Shown: piece after piece, positions 11,561-27,435 of the stretch
Numbering within the stretch: the stretch's first letter is position 1
Layout of the letters: each line of letters begins with the position of its first letter
From: the human T2T-CHM13v2.0 reference genome, Homo sapiens
Assembly: GCF_009914755.1 (NCBI RefSeq)
Contig: NC_060941.1
Reading direction: 5' to 3' (one strand)
DNA: 64,000 nucleotides
Made by a program: the position numbers and the translations under genes
The notes under the pieces: model-generated
Told to the model about the DNA's origin: nothing
Database searches by the model: none
The model's input: the letters and a program-made list of their open reading frames with translations, nothing else

Positions 11561-12655
11561 TCCAGTGGGGTTGGGGTGGCAGGGTACCTGGAGGAAGGGT
11601 GGATTTGTGAGCAGCCAGTACTTCCATCAGAACCCCTCGGGGGTGCTTGTTAGAAATGGAGGTTGGTGGGGGGGTCCGTCACCTGTGGATCTCCAGTTGC
11701 TAAGGTGCCTGGACATCTGTGACTGAAACCAGGTCCCCAAAGGATGCTGAGGCCTGGAAACCTTGGTCTCACCTGGAGATGTGGCTCCACGATGCCCTTG
11801 GGAGCGAGCGAGTCATTTCACAAAGTGTTAGGAGGGAAAGGAGCCTTTCTGGGGCCAGCACGGTTGGAAGAGTTCACAGCCTTTCTGTGAGTTGCTTTAG
11901 GGGCCTAAGACTTTGGTTGCTGAAGGAAGTATAAATGTACAGTGACCCTCCAAGAGCCTCCCTCTCACAGGTATGCCCCACTTTAAGAAAACCCGCTAGA
12001 CGAAAACCCTGACTTTTGGAGTAAGATTTGTCAAGGAGAGAGAGTTCTTCCCAGTACCAAAGGTTTCAGAAAAAGACCCGTTTAAGTAGTAAGCTGACCT
12101 TCTGAACCAATAAATAAGACAGTGGTTTCTTTCTTTTGTAGAGGTCACCTGTTGTAAATCTGAGAACATTTGAAGAATTTACTGCATTGGCTCATTAAGG
12201 TTAAAAAAAAAAAAAGTCAGTCGACTTGGTCAGCATTACCCAGTGCCCATGGTTTTCAGAGCCACCCCTGGGTGAACTGAGAATGGTGTTTGCTCCAGAG
12301 CCTGGGGCCACAGGGGAGGCTGGGGAGAGACTCAGGGCCCTACTGTTGGAATGGCCTTCACATGACTTGTCCTGCTTCCGGCTTGGAGTATGAAACCACC
12401 AAGAGGTATGTGCAGCTCGCATTCCAGCATGGGAGGCGGGGAGGCTCCTGGACCCACGGGGCTGTCAGGTTGAGGCCTGCTCTGAACGCCTGAGCACTGC
12501 GATCCTGATGTGGAGAGCTTCCTTCCACCTCCGCCTCCTCCTCACGCTGCAACAGCGCTTGGCTGTACCTTGCCATTACTTGATTATTTGCAGAATTAGA
12601 AAAGGCTCAAGTATCTGATCATAATTTTTTCCTGGATATATAGCACATCCTCTGA

Positions 12656-13051
<396 letters not shown>

Positions 13052-13924
13052 TAGGCAATGCATGTTCACTTTTTCTGAGGCTTGTTCAGGGAAACTGAAA
13101 AAAGTTCCTCTGTCGCCTTGTGTGCATCTCTGTGGTACTGTCTCTCCAGGGTAGTGTGGGATTTAGAGGAGAGGGGCTGGAGGGGACCCTGCAGATGTCC
13201 CTATGTTCTGGAGGCGGACTTGTTTATTTTTGACAGAATGAATCTTGGACATGGGAGGATCTGGCTCTGACCAGCCACAAATTGGATATTTGTTTGACCT
13301 TTTTATTCCAGTGAGTGGGAAGAGATCCGGTACCTCCTTTATCATAAATCTTGCCTTGTTGTTTGCTCCAGTATAGCACTTCATCTGGGTGCTGTTTGAG
13401 CATCTGGCTTTCATTTTTAAGTGCCGGCAGGTGCAGGGGCAGGCATATCTCAGGGGGCCGTGGCAGATGAACGAGATGTGGCAAAAGCTGGCGTGGCACT
13501 GTTGGGGGTGAGTTTCACGGGAGAAAAAGGAGTTGAGCTTATTCTTGGGCAACTCTTTGCCTTCCTGCTAATGTTTCCAAGTATACCATGCAAGAATCAA
13601 CTCCAAGGGGCTAGCTGAAGCTGGGGAAGGTGAAGAAGTGAGTCTGAGTTGTCTAGAACTTGATTGGTAACATCTCAGGGTACTGCCAGCTGCTGGACCA
13701 ATGTGGTTCTCCTCCTTCCCTGCCTCTCACCCCTTCAAGATGAGTTGTCTTGTCTCTGACCCATCCTACAACAGCCACAAGTCAGTCGATCCTGTGTTTG
13801 TGCTCCCGAAGGACTTGGCGACTTGGCTAACAAGGAGACATTTGTTATTTCATTTCCTCATCCATTATTCATGCAGTGAGAGGTAATTAACATTTAGTAA
13901 TGTGGTTTCTGGGGTAGGTGAGTT

Positions 13925-14200
13925 GGGTTCATTCATTGAGCAAACATTTCTTGATCCCCTGCTCTGGGTTGGGTGCAGGCCAGGGGGCTAGGGTTACAGA
14001 GATGAGGGAAGGGCCTAGTTTGCCTTTGAGTGTGTGTCTGTTTGGGGAGGCAGGTGATCAGCGGGCGAAGGATGCTAAAGGTGTTTCAGGACCACCGAGC
14101 AGAGAGTCGTTTCTGGGGAGAGCCAGGGAAGGCTTCATAGAGGAAGTGGCATTTGGCTTGGGCCTTGAAGAGTGAACAGGAAAGAATTGGGATGGGGGGA
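13925..14200 (-). mobile_element. L2 LINE 3' remnant
   Basis: 'ttcattcattgagcaaacatttcttga...cagggaaggcttcatagaggaagtggcatttggcttgggccttgaag'. Confidence 0.65.
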
Positions 14201-15704
14201 ATGTGCCCACCCTCCAGTGCAAACTGGGTCCTGGGGTTTAGCTTCTGATGATGGATGGTCATGGTCATGTGTCTTTCTGTGCGGCGCTGCCCACTTCTTT
14301 CCCCAAGCCTCTGTCACTCAGGAGAATTAATACGCCTCCTGCCCAGCATCTGGTGGCCCTGCCGCCCTGCTTGCTTAGGGAGATGGCTGACAGTTGGCAA
14401 GGAGGGGAGCTAGAAGGGTGCTGGTGAGTCATCAGGCTCCCCATGGCTAAAAAGAGAGCATACTTCAAAGCCCAGAGCATATCAAAGATGGGTTGTGTCA
14501 CACCCACTGAGCATTTTACACAAATAAGAACTCAGTTTCTGACTCTGCAGCAAAAAGTTGGTCAGTTTTTGGGGGATTATTATTATTATTATTTTTTATA
14601 CAGGTGCGGTAGGTTGAGAAATATTATTCATGGAAATAGGCTAAGTTGAAATAGGCTCTATCTGTTAAGGAATAGACTTATTAAGGTGGTGGGTGTGCCC
14701 TGTGTCTCTCTTCTTTAAACTCCGTTTTTCTTTGTTCTAGCCAATGTTTTATTGCTGATATGAATCACTGAGGGGCTTGGAGGGAGAAAGGAAAGGGTTT
14801 CTGTATAAACAGCTGTCTTGCTGATTCAATCTACAAAGTGGATTTTATAGCTAAAGTATTTGTTCTTGCTTTAAAATGCCAAAACAGCACCGTCATTTCC
14901 TCAGCGAAAAGAAGGGTCTTTGAGAATATGGGGCTTTCTGCTCCCGTCACAAATCTTTGCTTGGGGGAGAGGAGGAAGGAATTCCATAGAACTTTTCTTT
15001 GAACTGGTCTTTCTAAAAGAATCTCATGCTCAGAGGAGAAGAATTTTCTTTACAAAGTTTGAGTTACCAGTTCACGCAGCCTTCCTTTTTTTTTTTTTTT
15101 TTTTTTTTTTTTTGCCTTACTACATGTTCTGGTTTAAAAAACAATAATAATCCTCTCTGGTCATCACAGCTGACTACCTGCTTAATGTTTGCATATAGAT
15201 ATTTCATTTTCTTTTTTTATGCAAGATTTCATCGTTGCATTATCTGAGATAGTTGGTTGCCCTGAGATTATTAATAAATTGAGACAGTTAATGGTGTGTG
15301 ACTCAGAACATACATTTAAAAACAAGTTGGAATAGAAATAGGTCTTTTACAAAATTAATTTTTTGTTAGGCTCCTCTCTTGAGCCTTTTTGTTTGAAGCC
15401 GGCTGGCTTTGTAGTGTTCATATATGGCCGACTGCAATTAACATAAATTACTTTTAAATACCAGTTAGTTGCTGTGGAGAGAGGCCAGGGTGGTGGCTGC
15501 TTATGGAAGGTTAAGAGGCTTGGTCATTGTCTGGGTTTTTATCTCACTGTGGATCAAATTCTGTTCCCTTTGGAGGCCAGAAGATCGTGTCAAAGATTGC
15601 TTTCTTTGACGATAGGGAGAAGGATTAAGTCTTTGCCCAGAGTACCAGTACTTACCAAGGAAGAATAAATAATCATAAAATGTTTACATATTTAAAAACA
15701 AATA

Positions 15705-16262
<558 letters not shown>

Positions 16263-16330
16263 CAGTTTTTTTTTTTTTTTTTTTTTTTAAGTATATTTGT
16301 AATATTGCTTTTGGCTTGGTTGAGATTATA

Positions 16331-18972
<2,642 letters not shown>

Positions 18973-19688
18973 CCTTTGGTTTATGGGCATTCATAGTGAT
19001 GACCTCTAGGGAGGGCAGATTATTTCCTTGCTGCCTTGGGGACTGGGAAACTAAGGCCTTCGGGGATGCAGGGAGACCCTGGCTTCTGGCTTGTCGCTTC
19101 CTTCACTCTGTTCATCTCTGCCCATCTCTACACAGCACCGTGGACCCACGCACGGCTTTACTGCCCACATACCCTTCTGAAACTGGTATCTAGCTGATCT
19201 CTCCTAACTCCATAGGCACTCCTTGCCTGAGATGGGCAGATGGCCTTTGGTGACGTGCTGTCATTCTCCTCTAAGGACCAAGCAGTGGGATTTTTTTTTA
19301 ATGCTGTCTTGTTTACTCTCATTCCAGGTGTCTTAACTTTTAGCAGCCAGATTGGAAGCTTCCTGAGGGTGGGAATTTTTATCTTGCTTGCTTTCTTTTA
19401 AAATCCATTTAAAAAATGTTCCCAATTACATAAATAATGCATGTGTTTAATAAATAAATATTAGAGAATTTATAGCATCAAAAGTAAAGGTTTCCGTAGG
19501 GCTGCCTCCTTGCTACCACCACTGTTAATGAATTAGAGTATATTTCTCTATATTTTTTCTGCGTGTACTACAAATATGATTTACAAATGTGAGATCCTAT
19601 TAAACATACCATTTTGTACTTTCCACTGGGAATGCCTCATTGTCAAAGGAAATGCTGAGTGCCACCTTTAAGATGATGTATTCATGGG

Positions 19689-20050
19689 TGTATTAGCCCG
19701 TTTTCATGCTGCTGATAAAGACATACCCGAGACTCGGTAAGTTATAAAGAAAAAGAGGTTTAATGGACTCACAGTTCCACGTGGCTGGGGGAGCATCACA
19801 ATCATGGTGGAAGGCGACAGTCATGTCTTACATGGTGGCAGACAAGAGAGAATGCAAGTCAAGCAAAAGGGATTTCCCCTTATAAAACCGTCAGATCTTG
19901 TGAGACTTATTCACTACCACAAGAACAGTACAGGGGAAACTGCCCCTACGATTCAATTATCTTCCACTGGATCCCTCCTACAACATGTGGGAATTATGAG
20001 AGCTACAATTCAAGATGAGATTTGGGTGAGGACACAGCCAAACCATATCA
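19689..20050 (-). mobile_element. THE1B-type solo LTR (ERVL-MaLR)
   Basis: Begins tgtattagcccgttttcatgctgctgataaagacataccc, ends gagatttgggtgaggacacagccaaaccatatca (reverse complement of the THE1 start); 362 bp. Confidence 0.93.
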
Positions 20051-20499
20051 GTGAGGCAGGGGACAGAGTGTATCTCTCACTTGTTAGGTCCTAGAAAGTC
20101 TTTGTAAGCTCCTGTTTCTTCTCTGGGAGAGGCGGGGCTGTGAGGAGTTCTTAGACACGGAGACCTTCCTTATGTAACAAAACATCCCAGAAGCCTTATC
20201 AGTGTTGTTACAACCCCAGTTAGTGAAGTGGTGTGGATACAGGGATTTTTCTAGAATAAATCTTGCTTTGTGGTATGGATGGATTGATTCATTTCCCTTT
20301 GATTTTGTGTCTCCTTGATAGAAGTTTGACTTGACACAAGGGAAAAAGGTGGTAGTAAGTACTGAGCACCCTTAAGAAGTAGGTTTCTTTAGAGCGGATG
20401 CAAGGTCCCAGAAGGACAGTGATGGTGCTGAGAGGAGAGGAGTGCAACCTGAGTTTAGTTGAATTTTCCTTCCTCACATATAAAATATCGCATACATAC

Positions 20500-21190
20500 A
20501 AAAACATGTGAGATCTCTGTGTAAATAGGAATACTCACATAGTCACCATCCGGCTTAGAAGGAGAATATTACCAATACCTTTGATACCCCTGGGTGTTTC
20601 TTCCCGGTTTTACCTGCCTGCCTTCCTATCACATTTGGGTTTGCCTGCTTTTCACCCTTGTATTAGAATACTTTTTTCCATTCATGTGGTGTTTGTGGCA
20701 TTCATTCATGTTGATGCAGGCAACTGCAGCTCATTTGTTTTCATTGCTGTAGCGTGTTCATTGAATGAATGGGCCACCCCTTGTCTTTTCTTCTTTTAAG
20801 GGACATTTGAGTTGCCGAGTTTAATTTTTGGCTAGCTCAAACCGTGCTGCAGCGAATATTCTTGGTTTTTTTTTTTTCACCGTGAATATTCTTGTATATA
20901 TCTTCTGGTGTTTATACATGAGTTTACCAGAATGTGTATCTAGGAGTGGAATTGCTGAGTCTTAGGGTATCTACAACTTCAGGTTAACTAGAAACTGCAT
21001 TGCAAAGATCCCCTTCTTTCTGCACTTGCACCTTTTGTGATATATTGTAGTTTTCATTGCTCTGCATCCTTATAGACAGTTGTTATTTTCAGACTTAAAA
21101 AATTTTTTCCAATCTTGTGGAATCTCGTTGTGGTTTTATCTAGCATTTCCCTAATCACTAACAAGATTGAACTTCATGCTTATTATTGAT
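20500..21190 (-). mobile_element. Ancient L1M (L1ME-type) fragment
   Basis: 'ttcattcatgttgatgc...ttcattgctgtag...ggacatttgagttg...tctaggagtggaattgctgagtc...gtggttttatctagcatttccctaatcactaa'. Confidence 0.75.
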
Positions 21191-21204
21191 GGACTAACTG
21201 ATTG

Positions 21205-21598
21205 GTGCATGATACTTTTACATACTTTTGGGGTACATACGATATTTTGATATGTGTATACAGTCTGTAATGATCAAATCAGGGTCATCGAGACATCTGT
21301 CACCTCAAACATTTTTCTTTGTGTTGAGGACATTTCATTTCTTCCAGCGATTTTGAAATACCTTTATTTATTTGTTTTTGAGACAGGGTCTTGCTGTGTT
21401 GCCCGGGCTGGACTCGAATTCCTGGGCTCAGTAGGGCCTCCCACTTTAGCCTTCTGAGTAGCTGGGATAACAGGTGTGTGCCACGGTGTGCCCGGCCTAG
21501 TTATTTTGAAATGCACAATAAATTAGTGTTAACTATAGTCACTTGACTATTCTGTCGAACACTAAGACCTGTTCCTTCTTCCCAAGTGTATTTTTGTT
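21205..21598 (-). mobile_element. L1MA-type 3' end interrupted by an Alu monomer
   Basis: 'ggggtacatacgatattttgatatgtgtatacagtctgtaatgatcaaatcaggg...tattttgaaatgcacaataaattagtgttaactatagtcac'. Confidence 0.8.
21363..21497 (-). mobile_element. Free Alu monomer (FLAM-type)
   Basis: Single arm 'gagacagggtcttgctgtgttgcccgggctggactcgaattcctgggctca...gcccggcc'; degenerate TSD around attttgaaat. Confidence 0.85.
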
Positions 21599-22769
21599 CT
21601 TGCTTATTTTTTAGGGAAAGGAATCCAGGCACACTTAAACACACTTATTAAATGACACAAATGGCTGCTTTGGTAGGACATGTTCTCCCCAGTGCTGTTT
21701 TCTTGTCTGGGGATGGAATCAGACAAATCTTTTCACTTACTGTGAGAATTTTGGGAGTGTCTATTAGCTTGCAGCACTTTTCTTGGATTCTGTGTATTAC
21801 ATTTTGAGAACCCAGCTGATGCCTGGTTCTGTTGAAACCCCTAAATCCACATCCTCTTTTGAGGGGAGCATTTTATTACTTTTCATGTAAATAGGCAAAT
21901 AAATGGGACTTCAGGCAGAGTCCCTGGGTGTTTGGTGGCAGCAGATCGTGGGCAAGGGAGTGGCTTTGGGGAGGAGTTGGGGGACAGCCCCAGGCAAACA
22001 TCAACACCTAAGATAGAAACCCCAAGGTAGAAACTGGCCGAGTGAGGAGGAGAGAGGGAGAAACAGCAACACACTTTTCATAGGGAGGGATGAGGGAAAA
22101 AGGACCACCAGGCTCCAGCTGGTGATCAGAGGCCAGAGCGGGGTTGGGCAGGACTGCTGGAGCACAGGATTCCCTGTCCGGTGTTCACGGGGAAGTCCCC
22201 AAATCTCAATGAGGGACCCATTGGCCAGGGAGGGTTCTGCTGTGGCTGTAGCTTTGGCGGGGGCGGTCTGTTTTACTACATGTTCAGCTGAGTGCTTTCC
22301 TGTGAAAATAGACCTTTGATGTTCTGGAAAATCTGCTTTAACACTTGGGGGAGAGAAGCTGCCTATGGAAGGGGAAAAAAAAGTTATGTTACGAAAGAAT
22401 GGAATTGCACAGCTCGACATATGCTGGGTTGGTTGTTCTAGTAACCCCATGAGAAGAATTGCAGGACCAAACACAGGCTTTCATTCCCAAGTGAGAAAGC
22501 ATGTTTAGAAACGCAGTGTGAAGGGGGAAAAATATCAGAGGCTAACATTGTGTTTCTGTTGTGAATACAACTATATAAATATTACCTGTGCTTATGGACA
22601 AGGTCCAGGAGGAACAGGGAAAAATAATAGTTGATTTCATTTGTGTGGTGGGATAGTGGGTGTTTTAAAAATTATTGTATTATTATTATTGTACAAGAAA
22701 AAATCTTTACTCAAATAATCCTGGCCTCAGCGGTCTGTTATTTTGCTACATCACTCGGAATACCTGTCA

Positions 22770-23110
22770 ACACATTTATTTATTGAGTTCCTAATATGAT
22801 GGGCCCTTTGAGGAAGAAGACACTAGTTCCTGCCTCCAAGAAACTTACAAACTATTATGGGATGCTAGACTGTAAATACCCAGGATGTGAATGATAGTTC
22901 AGTAGCGTAATGGGCCGTCACACAAGGTGTCGTGTGGTTAATTGTCAAAGGAAGTAGAAAACAGTACAGGCTCTTCCTGGGGTCTTTCAGGAGGATTTCT
23001 CAGAAGAGGTGGCCTTGAGAGAGTCCCTCAAGCATGGGAGGACCTGAATTACTAGAGGGAGGAGGGAAGGGAGTCTTGGAGGGAAGGAGCAGGGAGGGAG
23101 AGCTTTATCC
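22770..23110 (-). mobile_element. L2 LINE remnant
   Basis: 'catttatttattgagttcctaatatg...gttcctgcctccaagaaacttaca...caggaggatttctcagaagaggtggccttgag'. Confidence 0.55.
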
Positions 23111-23162
23111 AAAGGGGAACACCCAGAAAAATAGTTGGGAGCCATATTAAGAGCCCATTGAT

Positions 23163-23809
<647 letters not shown>

Positions 23810-24014
23810 AGGAGAAGCTATTAAGAGTTTACCCAGAATTCCTCCCTGAGATTCACTATTTGTCAGTAGTCTTAAGCTATTTTTGGGTAGGTCCTCTTTC
23901 AGCATAGGGTGAAACCTCTGGACCCTCTCCTAAGAAAAATCCCCTTAGAACTACAAGAGGTCTCCCACAGAGGGGTTTTCTTAAGGAAGACTCCCCACAG
24001 CCCATCCTTGGCAG

Positions 24015-24270
24015 TGTAGCAAATATGTATCCAGCATCTACTGAGTGCCAGATGTTTTGTGGGACGGGGGGATACAGTAAAAATAAGACAAGCCAGGTCT
24101 TCGCTCTCAGAGAGCTTATAGTCTAAATGGAAGGACAGATGCTGAAGACGTGATTACAGGCAGGAGAGTGTTATTAGGAGGTAGACCAGATGCTTGGGAA
24201 GAGTGATAGGTGGCCCCAGCCTTTAGGAAAGGCCCCCTCAGTTGGGATTCAGAATGAGGATATTTAGGGG
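24015..24270 (-). mobile_element. L2 LINE remnant
   Basis: 'agcatctactgagtgccagatg...gatacagtaaaaataagacaag...ctcagagagcttatagtctaaatgg'. Confidence 0.6.
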
Positions 24271-25789
24271 TACAGAATCCCACGGTGTGAGTTGCAGAAG
24301 GGCCCGAGCATCTGTCTGGTGGCACCTTCTCAGGAGGAACCTCACTGACCGGCATGGGTGAACCGTTCAGCTAGGGTCTTGGGGAAAGTCAGGCATCTCT
24401 GGAGCCTCCGATGTTGAGGATAGGGTAAGAGCAGCATTGTTCTCTGGGGCCCTTTTTCCTTAGTAACACACACTCACCCGGAGCCAGTTGTGCCTTCTTG
24501 CAAACAAACAGCTTTCAAGAAGAGTTAATAAATTAATCTTCTGGGAAAAAGAATCTGCTCTGCGCCAGCAAGACCTCTAGCAGCCAGGGCCAGAGACTTG
24601 GGCAATGTAGTCAAAACACACGCTGATCACTGTGTGTTACTGCTGACGAGGTTTTAGGCAGCCAGTTCGGTGCGTTTGATATCGGGCAGTTCAGGCAGGG
24701 TGAAGGAAGATAAAGTGTGTTAAATGGAGCTCTCACAACAACCCTGGAGGATCTAGTCCCATTTTACAGATGAGGAGCCTGACACACAGAATAAAATCGA
24801 CTTAAGGTCAGCTACGAGTCCCTGGAGGCTAGGGTTGCGTATTCTGTTCCTTCTCTGCCATTGAGTTGGCTTTCCCTTTATCCTTTTCTTCCGCTTAATA
24901 ATAATAGGTAACATGACCCACAAGGTACTGTGAAAAGCTCTATGTAAACCATCACTTCTTACTAGAAAAGCATTTCAAACCATCTGCTCAATCTATATTT
25001 AAAGAGGGTGTAATGCCCATACTTTATTAAGGTCTAACTGTATTAAGGTCTGGATATACTGATTCATTCAACACATATTTATTGAATGTCTGTTATGTGC
25101 CCCTAGGACATGTCAGTGAATAAAACTGACAAGGATCCTGGACCTGGTGGGGCTTTCCTTCTGCTTGGCCATACAGAGTAGAGAGAAGCCTGGCCTTTGC
25201 TTGCTCTGGGGGTTGGGGAAGCAACTGGGAGCCTCTGGGGACGCTGAATCAGGTCCCACTGGCTCCTCTGGCTGATGAGGAAGAGCTTCTCTGGCTGCCT
25301 CTTGTGTTTCCTTCTCCTTGTGCCTTACCACCTGCAGACCTTCTGGGGCTTGGAGTTCACTGCCGCCTATAGAGAAGATCCCTTCCTTCCTACTAATGAG
25401 AGAGAGAGAAAGAGCTTCCCACTGAGATCTGCTTGTTAAAAAGTTAGACTCATCTGCAATTTCACCAAACAGATGACCTTACAGTGATTAAGTCACAAAA
25501 CGAAGTCCTGTCCGCCCCTTTATGTTGGCTTCCTTTGTAGACACGTCCTCCCCACATTATCTTCCCTCTCCCCGGTGTAGATTCTGGAGTTCCCATCAGG
25601 GTTCTGCAACTTGCTCAAATGAGGATGAGGTTGGAAGATTCAAGGGTGTGACACTGTCATTTGTCCTAAATGGAGGGGCAGGAAAGAGATCCTGTCACCC
25701 CTCCTGTTCCCAGGAACTGGGGGTGTACCTGGTGACAGTTAGATGTGTATACATGTCATCGCTGTTCACATGCTCTGCTGCCAATTTTA

Positions 25790-25909
25790 TTTTGTTTTAT
25801 CTATTTATCTATTTGTTTGTTTGTTTATTTATTTATTTATTTTTGAGTTGGAGTTTCGCTCTTGTCGCCCAGGCTGGAGTGCAATGGCATGAATCTTGGC
25901 TCACTGTGA
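25790..25909 (-). mobile_element. Severely 5'-truncated AluS (tail plus ~65 bp)
   Basis: (TTTA/TTTG)n tail then 'gagttggagtttcgctcttgtcgcccaggctggagtgcaatggc...ggctcactg'; perfect 16-bp TSD tctgctgccaatttta (25774-25789, 25910-25925). Confidence 0.9.
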
Positions 25910-26225
25910 TCTGCTGCCAATTTTAATATTCCTTAGTATACACAATGTGTCTGCCCTCATGAAAATGTGGTGTGAGGATACCCATATCATATTCAAAAGC
26001 AAAGTGATGGGCTAAGTAATTATTTGGTGTTCAGAAAGATTCACTGGAGCTCCTTTAACTAGGGGGTCCCCAGTTTGTTTACATGAGGACTTGGTCTTTG
26101 ATACATTTGTGCAGTTTTTGAGGAACATTTTGAGCTTCGGATGCCTGCTTATTCCTTGGGCTGTCCAACATTTCCTAAATCCTTAGGAGTTTTTCCTCTA
26201 TTTCCTAACACTCTGTGCAACCCCC

Positions 26226-26946
26226 TGTGATTAATTTCATATGTCCACTTGGTTAGGCCTATGGTGCCCAATTGTTTGGTGAAACCTTAGTCTATGTATT
26301 GCTGTGAAAGTATTTGTGGATGTGATTAACATTTCTAATCAGTTGACTTTAAGTAAAGCAGGTTACTCTCCATGGGCAGGAGTCACCCAGTCTGTTGAAG
26401 GCCTTAAGAACAAAGGCCAAGGTTTTCCCAGGAAGAAGCAATTCTGCTTCTGGACTGCAACATGGAAACCCTCCCTGAATTTCCAGACTGTTGGCCTGCC
26501 CTAGGATTTTTTTTTTTTCTCTTTGAGATGGAGTCTCTCTCTGTTGCCCAGAGTGGAGTGCAGTGGTGCAATCTCAGCCCTCCGCAACCTCCACCTCCTG
26601 GGTTCAAGCGATTCTCTTGCCTCAGTTTCCTGAGTAGCTGGGATTACAGGCACCCGCCACCACACCCAGCTAATTTTGTACTTTTTAGTAGAGACAGGGT
26701 TGCACCACATTGGCCAGGTTGGTCTCGAACTCCTGACCTCAGGTGATCTACTTGCCTTGGCCTCCCATCCACTGGCCTTGGCCTCCTTGGGATTATAGGC
26801 ATGAGCCACCGTGCCTGGCCTGCCCTAGGATTTTCAGGCTTGCCAACCCTCCACAATCAAAAGCCAATTCCTTAAGATAAATTTCTCTCCCTCTTTCTCT
26901 CTCTCTCCTGTTGATTCGATGTCTCTGGAGAGTCCTGACTAATACA
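26226..26946 (+). mobile_element. MLT2D-like solo LTR (ERVL), interrupted by an Alu
   Basis: tg...'ttaatttcatatgtccacttgg', 'gtatttgtggatgtgattaacatt...gactttaagtaaagcag', ends 'tctctggagagtcctgactaataca'. Confidence 0.88.
26507..26820 (-). mobile_element. AluSx/Sz-like nested in MLT2
   Basis: Full dimer; TSD tgccctaggatttt on both sides. Confidence 0.95.
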
Positions 26947-26989
26947 TTCCCTATCATAGCAGTTGCTTGTTTCTCTTTTTCTCTCTCTT

Positions 26990-27106
26990 GGACCATAACC
27001 TGTATGAGAACTGGAACAGTGTCTTGTTCTCTGCTCCATTCCAAGTGCCTTCCATAGAGCCTGACAGACAGACGATGCTCAGTCAATGCATGAAGAATGA
27101 ATGAAG
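26990..27106 (+). mobile_element. L2 3' terminus
   Basis: 'gtgtcttgttctctgctccattccaagtgcc...gctcagtcaatgcatgaagaatgaatgaa'. Confidence 0.7.
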
Positions 27107-27124
27107 GCATCTGTACTCACTGAG

Positions 27125-27435
27125 AGGCAGTGGATTTTTGACCCTTTGTGGTCAGACAGACCTGAGTTGGAGTCCTGGCCCCACCATTGATTAGCTGTTG
27201 GATCACAAGTTCCTTACTTGTCACAGAGGAGGAGTAATATCTGCCTCCCAATTGGCTGTAAGGATTAAATGAGACGACGTGCCTGGCATGTAGTAAGTCA
27301 TGCGAGGTAAATCAAATAATGTTAGCTACTCCTGATACCACCACCGCCACCATTTTCCAAGGTTGTTTTGAGGATTAAAGGAGATAATGGATAGAACATT
27401 CCTAGCACATAATAGGGGATCATAAGTGCTAGTTC
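27125..27435 (+). mobile_element. MIR fragments
   Basis: 'gtcagacagacctgagttggagtcctggcc...gtaaggattaaatgag...gtgcctggcatgtagtaag' plus a second 'gaggattaaaggagataat' fragment. Confidence 0.7.

Noticed and set aside
23927-23989. Short imperfect hairpin cctaagaaaaatcccct / aggggttttcttaagg
   Set aside because: Only ~15 bp with bulges and low complexity; too weak to call a pre-miRNA or MITE
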